From an uncultured Eudoraea sp. (GTDB lineage: Bacteria; Bacteroidota; Bacteroidia; Flavobacteriales; Flavobacteriaceae), in contig CAZHWD010000178.1 of NCBI GenBank assembly GCA_964536335.1, forward strand, positions 7,945 through 71,944: 64,000 nucleotides of DNA, read 5' to 3'. Under the pieces are notes generated by a model, which was not told the origin of the DNA, did not search any database, and saw nothing but the letters and a program-made list of their open reading frames with translations. Each line of letters starts with the position of its first letter. Position 1 is the first letter of the stretch. Below are positions 16,955-27,358 of the stretch, one piece after another. A program made the position numbers and the translations under genes.

Positions 16955-18385
16955 ATGAACAAATTAAAGACTGTATTACGAGTATGTATTTTTTCTGCAT
17001 CTTTAGCCTTATTGACAATAAGTTGCGAAGAGGATGACAACGGTAGTATGGAAGAACCTATAGTATTGAATGCTGGAACGTTATCTGGAGGTCCTTTCAC
17101 CTTTACAGTTGATGGTATTCCCGATATGGTAAGCGGAATTTCATTAGACGCATCGGAACTTACAGGGAGTATTCAAAACTTTGTAATTACAGATAACGAC
17201 AAAAATATTTTAGGTCTGCCACCAACCATACAAGCTGTTGAAGGTGTTGACTTTGATGGAGCAGGGGTAGGTAGTTGCTATATCTATCATATATCTTATG
17301 AAACCGGTTTGCTGGGATTAGAGGTGGGGGGTACTTTGGATGATCTTGTTGGAGATTTTGGTTTATCAAATTTTATCACGGTAGTCCGTAATGGCCTTAA
17401 TGCTGGAATATTATCTGGTGGGCCATTTGAATTTACCGTTGATGGTTCCCCGGATATGGTTACGGGCATCACTTTAGACTCGGCCTTATTAAATGGAGAT
17501 AACCAAACCTATGTCATCACTGATGACCAGAACAATATTTTAGGTATTCCGCCTGCGTTGGAAAATGTTGAAGGAGTGGATTTTGATGGAGCTGGTGTTG
17601 GAGTATGTCTTATCTGGCATTTAACCTACGCGGATGGATTAACAGGATTGGAAGCAGGTAACAATGTATCTGATTTTGAAGGTGGTTATGCCTTGTCAAA
17701 TTCAATAATGGTAACTCGTAACGCCTTGAATGCCGGGATAATTGCAGGAGGTCCTTTTGAGTTTACCGTAGATGGAAATCCTGATATGGTAAGTGGGATT
17801 GTACTGGATGAAACAGACTTGACCGGAACAAATCAAACTTATGTCATCACCGATGACCAGAACAATATTTTAGGACTTCCCCCTGCGTTGGAAAATGTGG
17901 AAGGAGTAGATTTTGATAGCGCCGGCCCCGGGATATGTCTTATTTGGCACTTAACCTATGAAAACGGTTTAACAGGACTTGTTGCAGGAAATAATGTATC
18001 TGATCTTGAAGGATTTTATGGATTATCCAACAGTATTCAGGTTACGAGAAAGTCCCTGGACGCGGGAACCCTTGAAGGTGGACCTTTCAATTTTATTGTT
18101 GATGGTACTCCCGATATGGTTAGCGGCATAACGTTAAATAGTGCCAACCTGAGTGGATCTAATCAAACTTATGTCATTACAGATAACAACCTGAATATCT
18201 TAGGTTTACCCCCTGCATTAGAAAATTTAGAAGCGGTAGACTTTGATGGCGCCGGTGTTGGGGTATGTCTTATTTGGCATTTAACATATGAGGACGGAAT
18301 AACCGGTTTAGAGATGGGAATGAATGCTGCCAATTTAGATGGCTTCTTTGATCTCTCGAATTCTATTACGGTAACGCGGGAATAA
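16955..18385 (+). CDS. Acidic lipoprotein with four tandem 110-aa repeats, function unknown
   Basis: TISC lipobox; repeat NAG..GGPF.FTVDG.PDMV...C.IWH...LSNSI.VTR four times. Confidence 0.85.
   Translation: MNKLKTVLRVCIFSASLALLTISCEEDDNGSMEEPIVLNAGTLSGGPFTFTVDGIPDMVSGISLDASELTGSIQNFVITDNDKNILGLPPTIQAVEGVDFDGAGVGSCYIYHISYETGLLGLEVGGTLDDLVGDFGLSNFITVVRNGLNAGILSGGPFEFTVDGSPDMVTGITLDSALLNGDNQTYVITDDQNNILGIPPALENVEGVDFDGAGVGVCLIWHLTYADGLTGLEAGNNVSDFEGGYALSNSIMVTRNALNAGIIAGGPFEFTVDGNPDMVSGIVLDETDLTGTNQTYVITDDQNNILGLPPALENVEGVDFDSAGPGICLIWHLTYENGLTGLVAGNNVSDLEGFYGLSNSIQVTRKSLDAGTLEGGPFNFIVDGTPDMVSGITLNSANLSGSNQTYVITDNNLNILGLPPALENLEAVDFDGAGVGVCLIWHLTYEDGITGLEMGMNAANLDGFFDLSNSITVTRE
17069..18382 (+). 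repeat. Intragenic tandem repeat with a 330-bp period, four copies
   Basis: Units start at 17069, 17399, 17729 and 18059. Confidence 0.9.
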
Positions 18386-18437
18386 TAATTTGAACTATTA
18401 TGAAAAAGGAAATTTGATTGTTTAGTTCATGAAGCGG

Positions 18438-18468
18438 AAAGGCCCAGACGATAGTTTGGGCTTTTTTT
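18438..18468 (+). terminator. Rho-independent terminator
   Basis: AAAGGCCCAGAC-GATA-GTTTGGGCTTTTTTT downstream of the repeat lipoprotein. Confidence 0.8.
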
Positions 18469-18692
18469 ATTCGAAACTTCAATATGTGCAAAGTAACTAT
18501 TTACCCTATGCTTATATTAAGACAACCAGGCCATAAATTTTTAAAGAATCCTTTTGTGAAGCGCTGGGGTAAACTCTGAATTCATTTATTGAATCTAATT
18601 TATAAGTGTGTCCTTTCTCAGAAAGGCAATTGTAGTTCCGCATATGCTATTTCTCTTCTAGAGAAGAAACTTTGTGATATCATAGCTTTTTG

Positions 18693-18700
18693 TACTTTTG
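18693..18700 (+). promoter_or_regulatory. Bacteroidota -7 promoter element
   Basis: TACTTTTG 15 nt before ATG 18716. Confidence 0.55.
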
Positions 18701-18715
18701 AGCAAAATTTTTTAG

Positions 18716-19765
18716 ATGCCGGCCACAGAACAATGTAAAAACTGCGAGAAGAATTTTGATGATTCTTTTGAGTATTGTCCCTACTGTGGTCAGGAAGCGA
18801 CAGATAACCTCACCGTTGGGGTCCTGTTTAGTAATACAATAGATAATTATATCTCTATAGATGCCCGTTTCTTCAGAAGTTTTGGGACCCTTATGTTAAA
18901 ACCTGGTGTAGTGGCCCGGCGGTTTGTAGATGGGAAACGTCTCAAATACTTACATCCTGCTCAATTTTACCTCTTTATCTCCGTGATCTTTTTCTTTATA
19001 TTTTCTTTTACCATTCGTAAAGCAGATAATGAAGTTTCCGAGGCAATCAAAAAAGGCTTTGAACAGGAGATCAGCCTGGATTCTGTTAAGGTAAATGCAG
19101 ATTCTCTGGGAATTGCCGAAGCTAAAAAGGCCCTGAAAAAAAATCAAAGGTTTATTGGTATATCCGATGAAGAATTAAAGGAATTAGATTCGGTAATGAC
19201 ATCAGATCCGCAGGCGGCCAATATATCCTTTGGTTTTGAGCGCCAGACCTTGGACTCCCTAATTACAGCGGGTGCCCCCCTGGGACAGAAACTTAAGGCG
19301 ATGGGCATGAAAGAAGATGTCAATGCCTTTACCCGTAGGTTCTATACCCAAATGCTCAAGTTTTATGAGCAACAAGGCGGGGGAATCCTGCAGGTCTTAT
19401 ATGATACCATTCCTGTTGCGATGTTTCTCCTTTTGCCACTTTTTGCTGTGCTTCTGAAATTTTTTTACTGGAAACCGGCCACCTTTGCACACCATTTAGT
19501 GTTTAGCTTTTATTTTTTCACTTTTATTTTCACCTCGTTTTGTACCATCCTCCTGGTGAATAAAGTATGGGAGATTCCCATTTGGTTAGAAGTACTCATA
19601 TGCTTCTCTTTTGTTATATACCTAATGCTGGCTCTGCGAAATTTTTACAGGAGCTCCTGGGTGGGTGCTTTTTTTAAAGCCAATATTATCTCCTTCCTCT
19701 ATATGCTAATAATTGTGCCAGTGGCGGCAATAGGAATTGTTATGGTGGCCTTTATGCTGTATTAA
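18716..19765 (+). CDS. DUF3667 domain membrane protein
   Basis: N-terminal CKNC...CPYCGQ zinc ribbon, KPG...GKRLKYLHP..FYLF, C-terminal TM segments. Confidence 0.8.
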   Translation: MPATEQCKNCEKNFDDSFEYCPYCGQEATDNLTVGVLFSNTIDNYISIDARFFRSFGTLMLKPGVVARRFVDGKRLKYLHPAQFYLFISVIFFFIFSFTIRKADNEVSEAIKKGFEQEISLDSVKVNADSLGIAEAKKALKKNQRFIGISDEELKELDSVMTSDPQAANISFGFERQTLDSLITAGAPLGQKLKAMGMKEDVNAFTRRFYTQMLKFYEQQGGGILQVLYDTIPVAMFLLLPLFAVLLKFFYWKPATFAHHLVFSFYFFTFIFTSFCTILLVNKVWEIPIWLEVLICFSFVIYLMLALRNFYRSSWVGAFFKANIISFLYMLIIVPVAAIGIVMVAFMLY

Positions 19766-22236
19766 TTTCTTGCCGACGAGTTATAATTAGCCATAAATAG
19801 AGCATTCACAAAAAAGAGTTTTCCGTTTTCCCAGAACCCACGGAATAAAGGGTTATCTACCATGTAAACCACCTGTCCCTTGCCGTGCTTCTCTACCCCA
19901 AAAACAAGGCTTTTAGACATTTTTTTCTGTGCTTCACAACCTGCAAAACCTGCTACCGGCACAGTATCCTTGGAAATGTAGGCAACTGTACCGTTTTCCA
20001 GGTAATTGTAGCTGTCATTACCCAGTTTAAGGCTAAAATAGGTGTCCTTATACCCAAATGCCAGTGGATGCGTCGTATCTACCCTTGTTTTAAAGATGGC
20101 ACCGGTAATATCGTTTTTCATCTGCTCCCTTTTTAAGTTGACATAGGGTTCTACTATAATTTCTGTACTATCTTTTTCCTTTTCCCTGGAAGATATGTCA
20201 AATCCATGCTCTCCGTCCAAAGAGGCAATAGACTTGCCCATAGCAATAAGCCTGCCACCCTGGTTTACCCATTCTTTCAGTTGAGCTAGCAGAGTATCGT
20301 CCATAAATGATTCATAGCCCTTACCTCCCGGGAGAATCAGGACATCATAGTTGGAAAGATCCACACCGATTATGTAATTCTCATCCAAGACAGTAAGCGG
20401 ATAATGTAACTGTTGCTCAAAGAAATGCCATATCTCACCAAAACGTAAAGTGGAGGTTGGCTCACCGGCCAGAACGGCTACCTTTACGGCAGGGATCATT
20501 TGCACATAACTGGACCCGAAGTCCTTTCCGTCATCTACAAAACCACTGCTAACCGATGTTAGTGATTTATGATGTTTATTGGCAGCATCACCCAGGATTT
20601 TGGTAAAATTCTTTCTTTTATCATTATCGGCTTTGGTAATGATCAGGCTTCCACTTTCATATCTGTTCCCCTCCAGTGTGAAAGCTTTTTGAGCCTGTCG
20701 TACCCTAATGTTCCTTTTAAGTAATTCAGCCAAAAATCGGGCATCATCCATTCCGTTCCAATCAGTCAGGAAAGCATAGGTATTGCTGTTTAATGCATCA
20801 TTTTGCGGAGCTATTTCTGCCCTTGAAGTTCCGCTGATCAAACTCTCCGAAGCAATAGCATCTAATCCATAGGCATAGGGCAAGGACCATGCGGTTATAT
20901 CATAGGTAAGTGAATCGCTTAATCTGGCATTTGGTTCAAAGAGTACTTTCACCAGAGTACCCCTGGTCTGGTTGGTAGATATAATTAGACTTTGAGAATT
21001 GGTCTTTAAATTTCCTGTTTTACCGGTTTTATAATCAAAACCCTTAACGGTAGCTCCTGTTCCGTAACTATAATTTACTTCATGTCGGTCCAGGAGTTGG
21101 GTGAGTGTTTTTAGATGATCTTCCTGCCCACTAAGTACAAAACTCTTGTATTTGTAATTTTTTGGTAAGTAGAATTTTCGAAATTCCTCGTTAAGTTTTG
21201 CCACATTGTTGGCAGCAACTTCCACTGTTGAAAGTCCGGTGGTAAGGTGGTGGGCTATGCGGTCCTTCAAAGTTAATGTATCTCCATTATTTGTAATAAC
21301 TCCTAGACCGGCCCTGCCTCCGCCGCCCTGCTCATAGGTCATACCAATAGCACCATTATAGGTGGGGTAGGTATCCCCATAACTGGGATAAAAGAGATCA
21401 AAGCGTTCTTTTGTAAAGTAGAACCAGCCGTTAGCGTCAAAATATTTAGCATGGTTCTTACCAATGGTTACCTGAAAATCTCGTTGAAAATCTGTAATTA
21501 CTTCGTGAAACGGTTCTGCTGCAGGTGCAAAGTAATAAGGGTAATCCATGCCTTGTTCATGAAAATCCACGTGTATATGTGGCAACCATTTATTGTAATA
21601 TTTAAGTCTTTGCTGACTTTCTAACTGTGTGAGCCAGGCCCAGTCACGATTTAAATCAAACATATAATGATTGCTGCGTCCACTCCACCAGCCTTCATTA
21701 TGTTCCTTACTCTCTGGATTTAATTGATAAGGTATGTTTTTATATTGATTGTACCAGTTCACATACCTGTCTCGCCCATCCGGGTTAATACAAGGGTCTA
21801 TAATTACTAAGGTGTTTTCCAGATAGGACTGTTTGCTGGTTAATAATTCATAAATGGTTTGCATAGAAGCTTCTGTACTCACACTCTCATTTCCATGCAC
21901 ATTATAGCTAAGCCATACAATAGCCTTTGTAGATTTACCAGTACCACCTGTGCTTTTAAGATGTTCCTCACGGATGGCCTCCAGATTTTCCATATTAGCT
22001 GACGAGGAAAGAAAGGCCAAAAGTAGTGGTCTGTGCTCATTGGTTTTTCCGTATTCATTTAATTGCATACGGTTTTTTTCAACCTCAGACAGATATTGGT
22101 AATAGTCTACTACCTGATGATGGCGCGTAAATTGGGTGCCAAGCTCATATCCCAGGAATTCAGAGGGCGATTTTAGTTCTTGTGCATTTAAAGCGATAGT
22201 AAAAAGTAGGACCAATACGAGTAAAAGTCGCTTCAT
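19762..22236 (-). CDS. M14 zinc carboxypeptidase family protein, secreted
   Basis: HGNE, NPDG, NHYMFDLNRDW, DFHE; signal peptide from ATG 22236. Confidence 0.88.
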   Translation of the reverse strand: MKRLLLVLVLLFTIALNAQELKSPSEFLGYELGTQFTRHHQVVDYYQYLSEVEKNRMQLNEYGKTNEHRPLLLAFLSSSANMENLEAIREEHLKSTGGTGKSTKAIVWLSYNVHGNESVSTEASMQTIYELLTSKQSYLENTLVIIDPCINPDGRDRYVNWYNQYKNIPYQLNPESKEHNEGWWSGRSNHYMFDLNRDWAWLTQLESQQRLKYYNKWLPHIHVDFHEQGMDYPYYFAPAAEPFHEVITDFQRDFQVTIGKNHAKYFDANGWFYFTKERFDLFYPSYGDTYPTYNGAIGMTYEQGGGGRAGLGVITNNGDTLTLKDRIAHHLTTGLSTVEVAANNVAKLNEEFRKFYLPKNYKYKSFVLSGQEDHLKTLTQLLDRHEVNYSYGTGATVKGFDYKTGKTGNLKTNSQSLIISTNQTRGTLVKVLFEPNARLSDSLTYDITAWSLPYAYGLDAIASESLISGTSRAEIAPQNDALNSNTYAFLTDWNGMDDARFLAELLKRNIRVRQAQKAFTLEGNRYESGSLIITKADNDKRKNFTKILGDAANKHHKSLTSVSSGFVDDGKDFGSSYVQMIPAVKVAVLAGEPTSTLRFGEIWHFFEQQLHYPLTVLDENYIIGVDLSNYDVLILPGGKGYESFMDDTLLAQLKEWVNQGGRLIAMGKSIASLDGEHGFDISSREKEKDSTEIIVEPYVNLKREQMKNDITGAIFKTRVDTTHPLAFGYKDTYFSLKLGNDSYNYLENGTVAYISKDTVPVAGFAGCEAQKKMSKSLVFGVEKHGKGQVVYMVDNPLFRGFWENGKLFFVNALFMANYNSSARN

Positions 22237-22415
22237 ACGCTGGGGTTTCAAATTAGGACGCTAAAGCTAAGGATTATTCGGGAAATTACATTTTAAGTTC
22301 GGTGTTATTCGTTTATGAGTCGCCAAGTTACAAGGCATAAAAGGAATTGGTTCCTCATTTTTATGTAGTTAGTACATCTTAACGTATTTTTGGGAAGAGT
22401 AAAACCCGAGAATTT

Positions 22416-22423
22416 TATCTTTG
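22416..22423 (+). promoter_or_regulatory. Bacteroidota -7 promoter element for bshC
   Basis: TATCTTTG 20 nt before ATG 22444. Confidence 0.55.
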
Positions 22424-22443
22424 ATCGGATTTTAGAAGTTTCT

Positions 22444-24045
22444 ATGGAAGTAGCCAGTATACCATTTAAAAAAACCGGATATTTTTCTTCACTTATTTCC
22501 GACTATCTGGACGAAAACAAGAAGCTAAGCCCCTTTTACAATAGGTTTCCTAAGATTAAAGAATTTGAGTCACAAATAAAGGAGAAGTCCAAAAATTATC
22601 CACAGGCAAGTAGGAAAATATTAAAACAGGTACTTCAAGAACAATACAAGGGTGTTAAGGCTTCAAAAACAACTTTGACCAATATTTCAGCTTTGGCTCA
22701 CGACGAAACCTTTACGGTGGTTACAGGGCATCAGCTTAATATATTTACAGGGCCATTATACTTTTTATACAAGATTATTAGTACAATAAATCTTGCAAAA
22801 GCTCTAAAAAAAACCTATCCAAAAAATAATTTTGTACCGGTATACTGGATGGCCACAGAAGATCATGATTTTGATGAGATTAATTATTTTAATCTGCACA
22901 ACAAAAAGTTTCAGTGGAACCGCGATAACGGAGGCGCCGTGGGAAGGATGAGTACAGAAGGATTAGAGGCTGTATTTGATGCTTTTTCAAAAGAAGTGGA
23001 CCTTACAACAAACGCTAATGACTTGATTGTTCTTTTCAAAAAAGCCTATCTGGAACATAACTCACTTACTGAAGCAACCAGGTACCTGGCCAATGCTCTG
23101 TTTGGACAGTATGGTTTGGTCATCATAGATGGTGATGATATTCAATTTAAAAATCTATTCATACCCTATATTAAAAAAGATATCCTTGAAAACCTGTCTT
23201 ATAGCAATGTAAATGAGACTATTACTGCCCTGGAATCTGTATCGCCTGCATACAACATTCAGGTAAATCCAAGGGAGATTAATCATTTTTATTTATATGA
23301 TGGGTTACGAGAAAGACTAGTTGAAAAAGAAGGTTTTTTTTATGTAAACAATACCGATTTTAAGTTTACAAAGGATGAAATACTAATAGAACTGGATGCC
23401 CATCCTGAAAGATTTTCTCCTAATGTGGTTACCAGGCCACTTTACCAGGAAGTGGTCCTTCCTAACCTTTGTTATATTGGCGGAGGCGGCGAATTGGCCT
23501 ATTGGTTAGAGCTTAAATCGGCTTTTGACGCCATGAAAGTAACATTTCCTATCTTACTTTTGCGTAATTCGGCCCTGTTGATATCAGAAAAGGAAAATAA
23601 AAAAATAAAAACTTTAGACCTTATTCCGGCAGATCTGTTTTTAAAGCAAAACAGTCTTATTAATAAAAGAATACGGGAAATTTCTAATATTGATATCGAT
23701 TTTTCTAGTCAAAAAGAGCATTTAAGCATCCAGTTTGAAGCACTCTACCAATTGGCCAAAGTAACGGATAAGTCCTTCCTGGGGGCAGTAAAGGCACAGG
23801 AAGTAAAGCAATTAAACGGACTCGACAAACTGGAAAAACGCTTATTAAAGGCCCAGAGAATAAAACTTAAAGATCAGGTGATTAGATTATCAGCTATCCA
23901 GAATAAGTTATTCCCTAATCAAACCCTACAAGAGCGTTCTCTAAATTTTTCAGAACTATATCTGGAAATGGGAGAAAGACTTATTCCTTTTTTAATGGAT
24001 GCGTTAAACCCCTTAAAACAGGAATTTTTAGTACTAAAATACTAA
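22444..24045 (+). CDS. bshC: Bacillithiol biosynthesis cysteine-adding enzyme BshC
   Basis: VTGHQL..FTGPLY, PVYWMATEDHDFDEI, FSPNVVTRP, YIGGGGELAYW, LQER. Confidence 0.92.
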   Translation: MEVASIPFKKTGYFSSLISDYLDENKKLSPFYNRFPKIKEFESQIKEKSKNYPQASRKILKQVLQEQYKGVKASKTTLTNISALAHDETFTVVTGHQLNIFTGPLYFLYKIISTINLAKALKKTYPKNNFVPVYWMATEDHDFDEINYFNLHNKKFQWNRDNGGAVGRMSTEGLEAVFDAFSKEVDLTTNANDLIVLFKKAYLEHNSLTEATRYLANALFGQYGLVIIDGDDIQFKNLFIPYIKKDILENLSYSNVNETITALESVSPAYNIQVNPREINHFYLYDGLRERLVEKEGFFYVNNTDFKFTKDEILIELDAHPERFSPNVVTRPLYQEVVLPNLCYIGGGGELAYWLELKSAFDAMKVTFPILLLRNSALLISEKENKKIKTLDLIPADLFLKQNSLINKRIREISNIDIDFSSQKEHLSIQFEALYQLAKVTDKSFLGAVKAQEVKQLNGLDKLEKRLLKAQRIKLKDQVIRLSAIQNKLFPNQTLQERSLNFSELYLEMGERLIPFLMDALNPLKQEFLVLKY

Positions 24046-24100
24046 GCCAATTAATGGCATAGGTTTCTTTTCCATAGTACTTTTGGTAAAAACTTAGCTC

Positions 24101-25474
24101 ATGCATAATGTGGATATAGAATTGGTAGAAATGACCCTCGATGTTATGAAATATGCCATTCATAGAATTACCAATGAGTCTCCGGAATTGGGAGCGCCAA
24201 GGAAAGAGGAAGAATTAAAGGAAGAGGTAGGGGAGACGATTACTCCTTCTGGTATAGGTGGAGAGAATGCCTTTAATCTTTTCCGCGATGTATTGGTTAA
24301 AGCAACCGTTCCAATAGATCATCCAAGGCATCTGGCTTTTGTGCCTGCGGCTCCTACACGTGCAGCTATCATGTTTGATCTGGTTACCTCGGCATCAAGT
24401 ATACACGGCGCATATTGGATGGAAGGCGCAGGCGGCATTTTCTGCGAGAATGAGGCCATGAGTTGGCTGGTATCACTTACTGACATGCCCGAAGGTGCAT
24501 TTGGTGTTTTCACCAGCGGTGGTACGGCTGCAAATCTATCGGCTATGGTAACTGCAAGGGAATATTGGCGAAGGAGCCGGGAAAATCAAAATAAAAAAGG
24601 ATGTATCATCACATCAGTAGGTGCACATTCTTCTATTAAAGCCATGGCAAAGGTAATTGATGCCGATGTGCTCTTAGTGGAAACTGATGATCTAATGACG
24701 GCCGAAGCCTTACTAGAAAAAATTGACTCGCTGGATGAAACGACTATAGAGAGGGTTTTTGCCGTAGTAGCCACAGGTGGTACTACTAATGCCGGTATTG
24801 TGGATGACCTGGATGGTATTGCAAGAATTTGTAAGGAACTTAACTTTTGGTTCCACGTAGATGCAGCTTATGGTGGCGGCGCTCTCGCAGCAGATTCTGT
24901 AAGGCATCTTTTTAATGGAATTGAAAAGGCAGATAGCATAACTATAGATCCTCATAAATGGTTGTTCTCGCCCTATGATTGTGGTGCCGTTATCTATAGA
25001 GATCCCGAATTGGCTAAAACTGCGCATTCTCAGGAAGGCTCTTACCTGGATATCATGAAAGATCCTGGCGCGCGTGGGTTTAACCCTTCTGATTACCAGA
25101 TACAATTAACCAGGAGGTTGCGCGGGTTACCATTATGGTTTTCACTTGCTATGCACGGAACAGATAAATATAAATGGGCTGTAGAACGAGGAATTGAATT
25201 AGCTAATTTAGCGGGGGAATTAATTTCGTCCCGGTCGGAATTGGAATTAATACGGCCTCCTAGCCTCTCTTGTGTCCTTTTCAGACGTAAAGGATGGTCT
25301 GCAGATGACTATAAAAACTGGACCTATACCAATCATCGTAAAGGTTTGGCGCTGGTTACACCTAGTAAATGGAAAACCAAAGAAGGTTTTGAAACAGTAG
25401 CTCGTTTTTGTTTTATTAATCCGGATACCAGGGAAGAAGATATAAAAGTTATCCTCGATACTATGAAATCATAA
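24101..25474 (+). CDS. Group II PLP-dependent amino acid decarboxylase
   Basis: GVFTSGGTAAN, AHSS, GGTT, HVDAAYGG, DPHKWL. Confidence 0.88.
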   Translation: MHNVDIELVEMTLDVMKYAIHRITNESPELGAPRKEEELKEEVGETITPSGIGGENAFNLFRDVLVKATVPIDHPRHLAFVPAAPTRAAIMFDLVTSASSIHGAYWMEGAGGIFCENEAMSWLVSLTDMPEGAFGVFTSGGTAANLSAMVTAREYWRRSRENQNKKGCIITSVGAHSSIKAMAKVIDADVLLVETDDLMTAEALLEKIDSLDETTIERVFAVVATGGTTNAGIVDDLDGIARICKELNFWFHVDAAYGGGALAADSVRHLFNGIEKADSITIDPHKWLFSPYDCGAVIYRDPELAKTAHSQEGSYLDIMKDPGARGFNPSDYQIQLTRRLRGLPLWFSLAMHGTDKYKWAVERGIELANLAGELISSRSELELIRPPSLSCVLFRRKGWSADDYKNWTYTNHRKGLALVTPSKWKTKEGFETVARFCFINPDTREEDIKVILDTMKS

Positions 25475-25484
25475 GGGATCATTT

Positions 25485-26045
25485 CTAAGGTACAAGGAAT
25501 TCTCCGCTCCAAAGTTCCTGTCGTTTGGAAAACCGAATCCGCAGATGTTCTGGTTGTTGTAATTTCAGATATTCTATTCTATAAGGAGTAACTTCAACCA
25601 CACAAAAGTGATTTTCCTTCTTGAGATATTCAATTACCTTAGGATCTTCCAGAGGTGTTCCTGGTGCCAGGGCAGTGGTATAATCCTTGCGCGCCCTTTC
25701 CGGAACACCATTACTATAAGTTTCTTCTATAGCCTTTCCTTTAATTATGGTGGCAAGGCCTTCAATTTTTAATTGTAACAGCCTTTCAGGATCATAAAAT
25801 AATAACCCCACCTTATTATTTTCCTTAATATGTATAATTTTTTTTGAACGAAAATCGGTATAAAATGAAAGTTGAAGCTCCTCTGAAACCTTTCTTAAGA
25901 CAACTGTTCTTTGTCTTGCTGAACGCTCCAAACCTACAGTGCCCAGAGTAAAGTAGCGAAAAGGATGCGATTTTTGTGTGCTTCCTTTTTTCAGTTCTTC
26001 CTGTAAATTTTTAAAAATCTGATCTGTTCTTTCCATATGTTTCAT
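25485..26045 (-). CDS. Pyridoxamine 5'-phosphate oxidase family FMN-binding protein
   Basis: HPFRYFTLGT, RTVVLR, YTDFRSKK, LLFYDP, QLKIEG. Confidence 0.8.
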   Translation of the reverse strand: MKHMERTDQIFKNLQEELKKGSTQKSHPFRYFTLGTVGLERSARQRTVVLRKVSEELQLSFYTDFRSKKIIHIKENNKVGLLFYDPERLLQLKIEGLATIIKGKAIEETYSNGVPERARKDYTTALAPGTPLEDPKVIEYLKKENHFCVVEVTPYRIEYLKLQQPEHLRIRFSKRQELWSGEFLVP

Positions 26046-26190
26046 CTATATAAAGGTAAAAAATTTAAAAATTAGGTAGGGTTTTTTTAGAGAAGATTGT
26101 TATATATATAAATTGCTATGAAAAAGTAGATTTTTTATAGATAAAATTGTGTCATAACAAGTTCATGTGTTTAGGTTGGTTTTTGATTTG

Positions 26191-26228
26191 AAAAGCCCTG
26201 ACGATCGTCGTCGGGGCTTTTTCTTTTT
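26191..26228. terminator. Terminator-like hairpin in a 510-bp intergenic region
   Basis: AAAAGCCCTGACGA-TCG-TCGTCGGGGCTTTTTCTTTTT. Confidence 0.7.
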
Positions 26229-26554
26229 ACCCTATTCACCAACTGAAAATATTTCATAATCTTTTTTTCATCAAATCTGCTTAAAGCGCATAATCTAATA
26301 CAATAGGTTATTTAAAAAAGGAGGATTGAGTGTTTAGCTATTTATTAAAGTGTAAAGACAATAAGTAACAAAAGAAATCATCATGTCTTTTAGGAAGTAG
26401 CTATAGTCTTATTAAATAAGACAAAAATATCCCATTTAGAGTAAAATAAAATTTGTAGGAATTAGACCGAAATATTTTAATCCAGGTACTTAAGCGTATT
26501 TATATAAATAGTTACTATATATTTATGTTAGAATAAAACTTACGTCTAAATAAC

Positions 26555-27280
26555 TTATTTAACCTTGTACTCAAGACGCATAGTGATGGAAGCAGTCTTC
26601 TTTTTAGCAGATGTATTATATGCCCCACCCCAGCTGTAATCCTCGTCTGAATTTTGTCCGGTTATTTGAAAAACACCCATTCGGGCACTAATAAGATCAC
26701 CCAGAGTACCCCCGGAATTCTCCGCTATTTTTTCAGCTCGGATACGGGCATCTTCAGTTGCCTTTGAAATCATTTTAATCTTAAGATCAGATAATTTAGT
26801 GTAATAATAACGAGGAGGTAAGGAATTAAACTGAACTCCTTTATTTAATAGTTCCGTGATCTCACGGGATACTTTTTCCACCAGAGCCACATCACTTGAT
26901 TCTATTTGAACAGATTGTGATAACTCGAACCCCCTGAAAATTGTACCAACAAAATTTCCGTTTTCATACAGGTTGTCGCGTTGCTCACTCGTCTGTACAG
27001 AATTAAAAATTATGTTACCCGGGCTTATTCCTTTGGATACCAGATAATCACTAACTATTTCCTTATCATTGTTTAATTGTTCAAAAGCGGTCTTTAAAAC
27101 TGTATTAAAGGCAACAAAACGCCCTTCCCATACAATAAGGTCTGATGTAAAGTTCTCATTTCCCAGCCCCGTAATAGAAATCACTCGTGCAGGATTTGAC
27201 CGTTTTACATAAGCATTACCCAGAAAATAGGCCGATACCACTATTGCAACTCCAAATATTATGGGGTTTAAATGTTTCAT
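26555..27280 (-). CDS. SIMPL (DUF541) domain protein
   Basis: N-terminal TM segment, ISITG, ATEDARIRAEKIA..SG..LG, GVFQIT. Confidence 0.8.
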   Translation of the reverse strand: MKHLNPIIFGVAIVVSAYFLGNAYVKRSNPARVISITGLGNENFTSDLIVWEGRFVAFNTVLKTAFEQLNNDKEIVSDYLVSKGISPGNIIFNSVQTSEQRDNLYENGNFVGTIFRGFELSQSVQIESSDVALVEKVSREITELLNKGVQFNSLPPRYYYTKLSDLKIKMISKATEDARIRAEKIAENSGGTLGDLISARMGVFQITGQNSDEDYSWGGAYNTSAKKKTASITMRLEYKVK

Positions 27281-27358
27281 TCTTAAAGCGTTAATAAAGA
27301 TGTTATAAATATACCTAAATCTTGCATTTGAAAATGCCTTGAATTACTATTTTTGCCC

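Noticed and set aside
17069-18382. Tandem repeats as a diversity-generating or phase-variable locus
   Set aside because: The units differ at many synonymous positions without an obvious adenine-specific pattern, and no reverse transcriptase or invertase is nearby
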